Below are positions 53,531 through 64,000 of a stretch of DNA of 64,000 bases, in pieces. Within the stretch, counting starts at the first letter, position 1, and each line of letters begins with the position of its first letter. The stretch is taken from assembly GCF_009834535.1 (NCBI RefSeq), contig NC_045696.1, forward strand, positions 36,954,001 through 37,018,000, in the 5' to 3' direction. The notes beneath the pieces are model-generated. The model searched no databases, was not told where the DNA came from, and was given only the letters and a program-made list of their open reading frames with translations. The stretch comes from Camelus ferus. Lineage: Eukaryota. A program made the position numbers and the translations under genes.

Positions 53531-54522
53531 GTAAGAGTAAGAGAGAACCTTCATACTCAAAACAATCCTATAGGATAATCATTATTATCCAAATTCTGTA
53601 GCTGAAAAAACTGAGACTCATGCAATTTTAGTGTTTGTTTATTCAATAGAAAGAGTGGCAAATTTTGAACCCAGGTCTTTTTAAATCCAGAGATAATGGA
53701 CTTTGCAGCAGAAGGACTTCACAGAAGCCTATGACTTATTTACACTAAATATGCAACATTGTGTGAGAGTTTAAAACCAAGAGATAATATTTTATGACAT
53801 CACATATTATAGACGATATATGACAAATGGTTAATCTAAGCTTGATTCATCTTTTTTGTAAATGAATTATGACATATAAATTTCATATAATAAATTTCAC
53901 TTGTTTTAAGATTATAATTCAATAAATTCCATTATGGTTTGTTCTTATTATTTACATTTAACAAATGAATGTATTTATCTAACTTCTGCCCCAATCAAAA
54001 TCTAGAATATTTCTGTTACTCTAAAGTGTTTGCTTATTCCTTGATGTAATCAAACCCCTGGGACCTCCCATCTCAGGTAATTCTTACCTGATCTCTATCA
54101 GATATATTGGTCTAGTCTAGGTCTAGAATTTCATATAAATGAAAACAGTATGTACTTCCTTTGTGTCTGATTGTGCCTGGTTAATTCTGCTCATTATGAT
54201 GTTTTGAGATTCATCATTATTGTTGCAATATCAGAAACTCGTAATTTTATTGCAAATTATTATCCCATTATATGCATGCATCTTTATTTATCCATTCACC
54301 TGTTGATGGGTATTAACTTTGTTTCCACTTTTTGCTGTTATAAACATTGGTGTACCACTTTTATTATGGACCGTATTTTTTCTTTTGAATTAAAAAAGTC
54401 TGCATATATTTTGGATATAAGTCCTATGTCAGATAGATATCTTACAAATATTTTCCTTGAGTCTGTGGTTTACTGTGTATTTCCTTGTTGTTACATTTGG
54501 AAGAGCACAAATATTTAATTTT

Positions 54523-55880
54523 TTGATTGGGGTAAACTTATTATATAACATTATATAAGTTTCAGGTATACAACATTATAGTGTGATGTTTGTATACATT
54601 ACAAAGTGATCACCCTAATAAGCCTTGCTACCATCCATCATCAAAAAATTGACACCCTTCACTCATTTTGGCCAGTCTCCAACCCAGTCCCCCTCCAGTG
54701 ACCACCAATCTGTTCTTTATATTGATGAGTTTTGTTTTTTAGATTCCTCATGTAAGTAAAACCATATGGTATTTGTCTTTCTTTGTCTGACTTATTTCAC
54801 TTAGCATAAAACCCTCAAGTTCTATCCATGTTGTTGGAGATGGCAAGATTTTCTTTTTTATGGCTAAGTAGTAGTCTAGTGTGTGTGTACCATTTATTGA
54901 AGAGACTATCCTTTCCTTATTGTATATTCTTGCCTCCTTTGTCATAAGTTAATTGATCATGCATGTGTTGGTTTGTTTCTGGGCTGTCTATTCTATTGAT
55001 CTCTAGTGTCTATTTTTATGCCAATACCCTACTATTTTGATTATTATAGCTTTGTAGTATAGTTTGAAATCAAAAAGCATGATACCTCCAGCTTTGTTCT
55101 TCTTACTCAAGGTTGCTTTAGATATCTGGGATCTTTTGTGGTTCCATATAAGTTTTAGAATTGTTTATTCTAATTCCAAGAAAAAATGTCATTGAAATTT
55201 TGATAGGGATTGCATTGAATTTGTAGATTGCTTTGGGTACAAAGGACATTTTAATAATATTAATTCTTCTAATCCATAAGTACAGAATATCTTTCCCTTT
55301 ATTGGCATCTTTAATTCTTTCATCAGTGTCTTATAGTTTTCAATATATATGTCTTTATTCTCCTTGGTTAAATTTATTTCTAGGTTTGTTTTTTTTTTTT
55401 TTTGATGCAAATGTAAATGGGATTGTTTTCTTGATTTGCCTTTCTGATAGTTCATTATCAGTGTATAGAAATGCAAAAGATTTCTCTATATTGATTTTGT
55501 ATCCTGATACTTTACTGAATTTATTTATCAGTTCAAACAGCTTTCAGTGGAGTCTTTAGGGTTTACTACATCTAATATCATGTCATCTGAAAATTGTGAC
55601 AGTTTTTCTTCTTCCTTTCCAAACTGAGTAACTTTTTATCTTCTTGCCTAATTGCCTAATTGCTGTGGCTGGAACTTCCAATATTATGTTGAATAAAAGT
55701 TGGCTAGAGTGGGCATCCTTATATTTTTCCTGATATTATTAGAAAAGCTTTTAGTTTTTCACTGTTGAGTATGACATTAACTGTGGGTTCCTCATATATG
55801 GTCATCATTACTTTGAGATATGTTCCCTCTGTAATCATTTTGTTGAGAATTTTGATCATAAATTAATGCTGAATTATGAC
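54523..55880 (-). mobile_element. Intermediate-age L1 with an internal deletion
   Basis: TSD tatttaatttt (54512-54522/55881-55891); 3'UTR joined directly to ORF2 near 54890; ORF2-like peptides at 55189-55476. Confidence 0.85.
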
Positions 55881-56258
55881 TATTTAATTTTGATAAAATG
55901 TTTCATGGTTTTTTTCTCTTAAGGATAGTACTTTTTATTTACTTTCTAAGAAAAATTAGCTTCCTCAAGTTATGGAAATATTGTCCTGTGTTTATTTTTA
56001 GAAGTTTTGTAGTTTAAGCTTTTATACTTGGGTTTATGATCCATTTTGAGTTAATTTTTATGTACTACTGTGTGATGCAGGGATTAAAGTTAATTGTTTT
56101 ACTCATATAAAAGCTTGTTCTCTCCCCATTTATTTATCATGGCAACTTCATCAAAATTCAGTTGATGAGACAAATGTGGATCTATTTCTGGACTGTTTTT
56201 TTTCTTTTCATTGATTTACATGTCTACCCTTAAGCAAATGCTAAAGTATCTCAATTAG

Positions 56259-56772
56259 TGTTTTTAGTTTTCTATTGGTGCTGTGACAAATTACTAACAA
56301 TTTAATGGCCTAAAACTACACACATTTGTTATCTTACAGTTCTGGATATTGAAAGTCCAAATGGGTCTCTTGGGCTAAAATCAAAGAGTCAGCAGAATTG
56401 CATTCCTTCTGGAAGCTGCAGAGGATAATCTGTTTCTTGGCCTCTGCCAGCCTGTAAAGGTCACTCAGTATTTCCTTCTCCCATGGCCCCTTCCTCCATC
56501 TTCAAAGCCGGATATATCAGGTAGAGTCCTTCTCATGCCACCGTCTCTCTGGTTCTCTCTCTTCTGCTTCTCTTTTCAACTTATCAGGATCCTTGTGATT
56601 GCATCAGGCCCAGACAGACAGTCCAGTAAAACCCTTCATTGCAAGGCCAGCTGATTAACTAACTCAATTCTATCTACAGCCTTAACTCACCTTGCCATGT
56701 AAGGTAACACACTCATAGATTCCAGGGGTTAGGATGTGAACATCTCTGGGGGCTATTATTCCACCTGCCAAA
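56259..56772 (-). mobile_element. MaLR LTR (MLT1D-like)
   Basis: gctgtgacaaattact...ttatcttacagttctgga...gggctaaaatcaa...ggggctattatt. Confidence 0.85.
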
Positions 56773-57156
56773 ACCACTATAGTTATATGGTACATCTTGA
56801 AACAGATAACAAGCTTTCTTCCAAATTCATTCTATTTTATTTTGTCTTGTTTTGTTGTATTTGTTTTCTTTATCTTTTACATTTCCAGAAACATTTTGGA
56901 ACCATCTTGTTAATTTCTAATTTAAAAAAAAAAAAAACCTGTGGGATTTTGATTTCAGTTGTAAGTTTTCTTTTTGTTTTTTATGTTGTTTCTGAATTCT
57001 TTTGAATTATCTTTTTAGTATTTAATTTTAATCTGTTTATTAGCTATATTTCTATTTTTATTTTGAGATTTTATCCAGCTTACAGTATGTATTTTTTAAA
57101 TCACACTACCTTCAAATAATGTACTACATTATCTAAAATCTAAAAATACTGCAGTC

Positions 57157-57378
57157 AGCTCTTTATATATGTATTTATTAGCCCTTTATCAGATAAATGA
57201 TTTACAAATATTTTCTCCCATTCCATAACTTGTCTTTTAAGGTTTTTGATGGTTTCCTTTGCTGTATAGAAGCTTTTTAGTTTGATGTAGTCACACTTCT
57301 TTAATTTTGCTTCTGCTGTCTTTTGGGGTCAAATCCAAAAACTTATTGCAAAGACCAGTATCAAGGAGCTTACTGCTT
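57157..57378 (-). mobile_element. Isolated internal L1 ORF2 fragment
   Basis: ttatcagata...aaatattttctcccattcc...gctttttagtttgatgtagtc; matches about 62550-62790 by eye. Confidence 0.8.
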
Positions 57379-60300
57379 CTGCATAGGGCCCACCGAACTG
57401 AAGTGTGAGCTGAAATGTTGCACATAGTGTTTAGCATGAGGAACTCTGGTCTAAAGGGCCCTGTGTGAAGAAGCCTCTGCACTTGGCACCCTATGAGCAA
57501 TTGAAGCTAGACTAAGCACAAAGTAAAAGAAAAGGTTAGACTTTGTTTAATACTCATATTCTATTTTTATTTTCTAGAAATTGTTTATGGGCCTTCTTGG
57601 TGACACAACAATGAAAAGATTGAAGAAATAATGAAGGAAGTGCCAGGGAGCAGGTTTGATGATCTTCATACTGTCTTATTTTATACTTAATGACAATGAT
57701 AAAATGGAGCAATGTTTTATTTCATAATTTAAAGTATTCCCCAATCATGCTGTAACATTTCACTTTATGTATGTGTATTAGTGGACTGATGGGAGTATAT
57801 CTTATTTGTTTTAAAAAATAAATACATTTGATTAAGAAAATAAAATATCAGATTTCCCTAGCAATTTGACCCCAAGAATTTGAAAACTGGATTAATTATC
57901 TACCAAAAATATAACATTTTTCTTGGGATATGAAGTGATTGATGGAGCATTTAAGAATTATTCCCTAAATTATGATAACTTTTTAAGTGAGTGAAGATAT
58001 GGATCATCCACATAGTTGTCCAAATAATTTCTTTTAGGGCCTTGGGAAGTCTAAAACTTACTTTAAGGAGAGTATCATAATGATGAAAGAAAGAGGCTTT
58101 AGGATCTGAACAAGTACTTGGGATATATATTTGTCACAGTAGCATAGAAATAGCACAGTTACAAGAGAAATCCCTATAAACTATTTTATTAAGAAGTTAT
58201 TTAAGAAATTTAAGTAGTTAGCATTAGGAATCATCTAATTTGCTCACTTTATTCCAGAATTTCTGGTACAGTAAACTCATTACAGCTCAAGGGCCAACTG
58301 CAATATCTTTTATGAGAATATTATAATTGTCATGATTTGTAGTGTTTTAGCTAGAAATAGTTTTCAAAATAAAACTGAAAGTAATTCAGCTATATTGCTC
58401 TAAAAATCTATATAAAAATTAAGCAATTTAGGTTGTATTTGATCTTATTAGAAATAATAATACAAAAATTCTCTTACTTAAGAGCAAAAATGCCATTAAC
58501 CAAGATTAATAATAGAGATAAAAGTATTAAATGCTAATCCGCAGGAGACCTATGAGACCTTCAACACACAGATAGCTAATGCCAGTCTGTTTTAATAACT
58601 TTTTAATTGTGTGTTAATTATTTATTCACTAAATTGTTTATTCTAGTACTTTATCTAGAGTCTCTAGTGGCCCTGAATGAAAGAATCCAATCCCCTAGTT
58701 GCTTGTAAACTACCAAACAGACATTTTTATTGCATTTAAATTAGTTGTGATGGGAAAACATGTGAGAATAAACATGGAACCCTCTCAGACTTCATGAGCT
58801 TACACTTACTGCCTAAATAAAAAAATCTCAACATTTAAATATTAGCTCTAAAGTTAATTCAATTATATTGACTCCACTTTTGGACTCAAAACTAGAGTAT
58901 ATGATACGGTAAATGCATGGTTGGAGCATAATATTTATAATCAGGACTTTCTATAAATTGGACCCATAATTAAGCAAACACTACACATTTTTTTTACAGT
59001 TACTTATTATGGGCCAAGGTATGTAATAACATGATCTCTGTTCTTGATGAGATCACAATTTAGTGGAAGATATAGCTGTGAAAACAAAGTATTAACATAT
59101 GATGAGATAAGTGTAAAATACCCTGGACTTATAAAGAAGAGGCAGAGATTAGGGGATTCATATTTAAGCTGCTTTTTGAAGGATAATTAGATTTAGCCAA
59201 CCTAAGCAAGTTATTCCTAGGGAAATGCTCAGAGGCATTAAAGGATGTTGGAGGAACAGTAAGATTAAACAGAACAGAGTATATAGGGACATACAGATAT
59301 GGAAGAAGATAAAACTGAAAGTAGATGTGAAGTTGACTAGTAAACAATATTGTATGGGAGTTAAGTTTTATATTTTATTTTGTACATAGCAAACTGAGAA
59401 TCAACATATCTGTTTTTGAAGAAAGTTAAAATAACTGTCATCATAGTAAAATACAGATGGAAGTGCTGATTTCCTGTGTTCAGTGGGGAACAGGGCGAGA
59501 ATAAAGACTATAGAATCTTGGAAATAGTAAAATGTCTGAACTGTATAAATGACAGTGGGATTGAATAGAGGCAGGGCAATTGCAAGACACTCTGCTGGGG
59601 TAGAATAAATGTTAACTGACTGGATACGGTAGAACGATAAGAAATTGTTTAGTGTAATTGTGAAGTTTTTAATTTGAGGATATGATGAAGCTATTCACTA
59701 ACGTAAGGAATTTGGCAGAAGTGAAACCAACTTTAATCGTGCTGCTGTTTCTCAATTTATTTGTCCTTATTTATCCAAGGGTCAGAAGTGATTCATCCTT
59801 TCTAATAGATTCTGCTACATTGGATCACTGGGTGGGGCAGCACTGGAATTGTAAGAAGTATTTTCACTAGTTTTCTTAGAGGGACAAGTCAATTGGGTCA
59901 CATATAATCTAAAGAAAGAGGAGCGGTAATATAAAAAAAATGTCTTGAGATTTAGTTTCCTGTCAAACTTGTATGCATTACTTGACCACAAATATTATGA
60001 GGAATTTACATTTTTAGTACATCACTATACATACAAGATGATAGAAACTTGATTCCAAAGGAGTTTCTCAGTTGTAAAGAAAAGTCAGGAACCATTGCAT
60101 GTTAAGTCTATACATAAAAGATCCAAAAAACAAGAGGTCAAAGGAGGCAGGAAGAAAAAGTGCTTATCTCTAGAGGGGAGTTCAATTCTATGGTAAAATC
60201 TGTTTGATCTTTGAACTGTTTTGTGCTACACTAGGTTCCCTGCAGAGGTGATCGTGCAGTTTATAGTGTCTCTATGTCTGTAAATATCCTCTGCTCCAAT

Positions 60301-60811
60301 AATTAAGATATCTAAAAAATGTGAAAAGTAATCTTTTTAAAAATGGATTTTTTTTAATCATCAGAGAATGGAATACAGCCATTTCTAAACTTTTAAACAT
60401 GAGGAAAAAAATTCTGATTTGACATTAATTTAGATGATATCAGCCTACATAGCTGGTGAATTCTTAGTGACTGAAAACATACATAATGGAATAATTTACT
60501 TAAATTTGCTGATGAAACTTAATTGAATTTAAAAATAGTTCTTATTAAAATATACTCAGTTTTTATTGTCAAATATTTTAGTGAGGTCAAATATTTTATG
60601 TTATCTGAGAAAATGAAAATTGTATTATAAAGAGATTTGTCAAAAATGTATTATTAGGTATTGTCACATAGGTTGAGTTGCTAATCCCAGATTTTGTGGA
60701 TTCAAGGCATACATTTCAAAATGAAATTGTCTTGCTATTTTTTTAGAATACTAGTGTTTTTTAAAATCTTTGTCCTCTCTCTTTTGCCCCTGGACCATAA
60801 ATTGAAACACA

Positions 60812-60815
<4 letters not shown>

Positions 60816-60846
<31 letters not shown>
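60816..60846. repeat. (CA)n microsatellite
   Basis: Directly visible. Confidence 0.95.
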
Positions 60847-60848
<2 letters not shown>

Positions 60849-61532
60849 GTACACACAATCATGTATGTATGTAAACAAGGTCCAAATGAAAAGTTCTGAA
60901 AAATATTTTAATTTTTTTTATGGAGCCCAAATAGCATTCATTTATTTTTGTATTTGCAGAATCTTTGAAAGATGCTCTGCAAGCATTTTGTTGTTTCCCA
61001 AAATATCAGCTTTAGAAGATTTCTGGATTTATGAACTGACATTCCATATAAAATTTTTGACATAGAAGAATTAATATTTCAATACAAAAATTATTTGGAG
61101 AAAGTACCTCTTTTAACATTAAGGGTAATGTAATTAACTACAAAGTCATCTGTTTGTGTGTGTATGTGTGTATGTGTGTGTGTATGTGTGTGTATTCAAG
61201 ATCATTTACAGTCCAGTCTCTTGGATATTGATGCTTATTACTTCATTTAAGGTTAAGAAGAAAATAAAAAGGAAATTCCAACTTGATTGCTAAGAAAAAA
61301 GTGGGTTCTCAGTAAATACTTGATTATGAATTAGACCACATCCCTTGAAAACAGGAAACTTGAGCTTGTGGAACGGTACCGCCATGAAAAAATTTCACTG
61401 TAAGGATTTAAAATGCCTGTTGTAATAAAATTTGGACATTTTATTACAAATGTAATTCTGTAACTTTAGACTTGTTTATGTTTGGCCAACCTGGAAGGAA
61501 ACTAACATCTAGAAGTAAAATATACATATTAA

Positions 61533-61594
61533 CTTTTTTATTGGAATATAGTTGATTTATAATGTTGTGTTAGTTTCAGGTGTACAGCAAAGTG

Positions 61595-61646
<52 letters not shown>

Positions 61647-62022
61647 TATATTCTTTTAAAGATTCATTTTCATTATAGGTTATTACAAGATATTGAATGT
61701 AGTTCTCTGTGCTATATAGCAAGTCCTTGTTGTTTATCTATTTTATGTATAATAGTGTGTATCTGTTAATCTCAAACTCTTAATTTATCCCTCCACCCCC
61801 TCCCCTTTTTGGTAACCATGATTGTTTTCTATGTCTGTCAGTCTGTTTCCATTTTGTAAATAAGTTCATTTGTACTATTTTTCAGATTCCACACATCAGT
61901 GATATATGATATTTGTCTTTCTTTGTCTGACTTACTTAACTTAGTATGATAATCTTTAGGTCTATCCATGCTGCTGAAAATGGCATTATTTCATTCTTTT
62001 TATGGCTAATATTCCATTCTAT

Positions 62023-62053
<31 letters not shown>

Positions 62054-64000
62054 AATATATACTACATCTTCTCTATCCAGTCATCTGTCAATGGACACTT
62101 AGTTTGCTTCCATGTCTTGGCTATTGTAAATAGAGCTACTATGAACATTGGGGTGCATGGATTTTTTCAAATTAGAATTTTCATCTTTTCTGGATATATG
62201 CCCAGGAATAGAATTGCTGGATCATATGGTCACTCTCTTTTTAATTTTTTTAAGAAACCTCCATACTGTTTTCCATATGGCTGCACCAAATTACATTCTC
62301 ACAAGCAGTGTAGGAAAGTCCCTTTTCTCCACACTTTTTCCAGCATTCATTATTTGCAGACTTTATGTTGATGGCCATTCTGACTGGTGTGAGGTGATAC
62401 CTCATTGTAGTTCTGATACGCATTTTTCTAATAATTAGCATTGTCAAGCATCTCTTCCTGTGCCTGTTGGCCATCTGTATGTCTTCTTTGGATAAATGTC
62501 TATTTAGGACATCTCCCCATTTTTATTGGGTTGTTTGTTTTTTTGATATTGAGCTGTGTGAACTGTTAGTATATTTTGGAAATTAAGCCCTTGTTGGTTG
62601 CATTGTTTGTAAATATATTCTCCCATTCTATAGATTGTCTTTTCTTTTTGTTTATGATTTCCTTTGCTCTGCGAAAGCTTGTAAGTTTGATTAGGTCTCA
62701 TTTGTTTAATTTTGCTTTTATTTATTTTTCCTTGGGAGACTAACCTAAGAAAACATTGCTACAAGTTATGTCAGAAAATGTTTTGCCTGTGTTCTCTTGT
62801 AGGCCTTTTATGATGTCCTCTCTTATACTTAAGGCTTTAAGACATTTTGAGTTTATTTTCATGTATCATGTGAGGGAATATTCTTACTTCACTGATTTAC
62901 ATGCAGCTGTCCAGCTTTCCCAACACCACTTGCCAAAGAGGCTGTCTTTTCTCCATGGTATATTCTTGCCTCCTTTGTCAAAGATTAATTGACTGTAGGT
63001 GTTTGGGTTTATTTCTGGGCTCTCTATTCTGTTCCATTGATTAATATGTCTATTTTGGGGTCAATACCATGTTGTTTGGATTACTGTATCTTTGTAGTAT
63101 TGTCTGAAGTCTAGAAGGGTTATGCCTCTAGTTTTGTTCTTTTTCCCCAGGATTGCTTTGGCAATTCTGGGTCTTTTGTGGTTCCATGGAAATTTTAGGA
63201 ATATTTGTTCTAGTTCTGTGAAAAATGTCATAGATAATTTGATAGGAATTGCATTAAATCTGTAGATTGTTTTGGGTAGTATGGCCTTTAACAATATCAA
63301 TTCTTCCAATCCAAGAGCATGGGATATCTTTCCATTTCTTTGAATCATCTTCAGTCTCCTATATCAATGTCTTATAGTTCTCAGTGTTCAAGTCTTTCAC
63401 CTTTTGGTCAGGTTTGTTCCTAGGGTTTTTCTTTGTGTAATTTCCAGAGTTTTATTTTCTTTTTCTGATATTTTATTATTAGTATAAAAACCGCAACAGG
63501 TTTCTATATATTAATTTTGTATCCTGCTACCTCGTTGAATTTACTCATCAGTTTTAATAGTCTTTGGTTGGACTCTTCTATATAGAGAATCCTGTCATCT
63601 GCATGTAATGACAGTTTTACCTCTTTCCTCTCAACTTAGATAACTTTTATTTATTTTTCTTGTTTGACTTGTGTGGCTAGGACTTCCAAGACTACGTTGA
63701 TTAGAAGTGGTGAGAATGCGTTTGTTCCAGATTTTAGCGGGAAGCCTTTCAGCTTTTTACCGTTGAATATTCTATTGTCTGTGGATTTGTCATAAATAGC
63801 CTTTATTATGTTGAGACATGTTCCCTTTATACCAATTTTAGTGAGAGTTTTTATCATGAATAGATGTTGAATTTTATCAAATGTTTTTTCTGTATCTATT
63901 GAGATGATTGTGTGTGTGTGTGTTTCTTTTGTTTATGCGGTGTATCACATTGAGTAATTTGTGTGTGTTGACCATCCTTTGACACTGGAATGAATCCAAG
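61533..64000 (-). mobile_element. L1, 3'UTR plus frameshifted ORF2, running off the window end
   Basis: ORF2 peptides [11 protein letters not shown] (62250-62474), [15 protein letters not shown] (63061-63348) and [10 protein letters not shown] (63651-63857); (TA)n/(CA)n expansions in the 3'UTR. Confidence 0.95.

Larger units (their letters stand above)
53850..56960 (-). mobile_element. Old L1M element hosting a younger L1 and an MLT1
   Basis: L1 text at 53850-54522 resumes at 55892-56258 and again at 56775-56960. Confidence 0.75.

Noticed and set aside
1..64000. The ORF track as protein-coding genes
   Set aside because: All ORFs are 141 aa or shorter, many have non-ATG starts and F/L/I/K-biased composition typical of AT-rich noise. 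The only recognisable peptides are broken L1 ORF2.
1..64000. CRISPR arrays, tRNA/rRNA/snRNA genes, NUMT, processed pseudogene or non-retroviral viral insert
   Set aside because: None recognised by eye. A short or degraded copy could be missed without Infernal/BLAST.

Overview
AT-rich, CpG-poor mammalian genomic DNA with no recognisable protein-coding exon, tRNA/rRNA gene, CRISPR array or prokaryote-like system. It looks like a very large intron or gene desert made of layered transposon remnants. These include ancient L2, L3/CR1, MIR and hAT/Tigger DNA transposons, old L1M pieces, MaLR/ERVL/ERV1 solo LTRs, and younger L1 3' ends. The younger L1 3'UTRs look artiodactyl, probably camelid (by-eye recognition, not a search). 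The only ORFs with recognisable protein similarity are broken L1 ORF2 pieces. Several insertions have target-site duplications (TSDs) readable directly from the sequence. Points most worth checking: a cleanly bounded 40-nt minus-strand exon candidate (39919-39958) and other short non-coding exon candidates; three ~140-170 bp L1 3' ends truncated at almost the same nucleotide, one with a twin-priming inversion; a young solo LTR with intact TATA box and R-region hairpin; two independent same-family solo LTRs; a composite LTR; and a strong minus-strand bias of L1s and LTRs. I found no convincing new biological system. Repeat family names are by-eye assignments and need RepeatMasker/Dfam confirmation.
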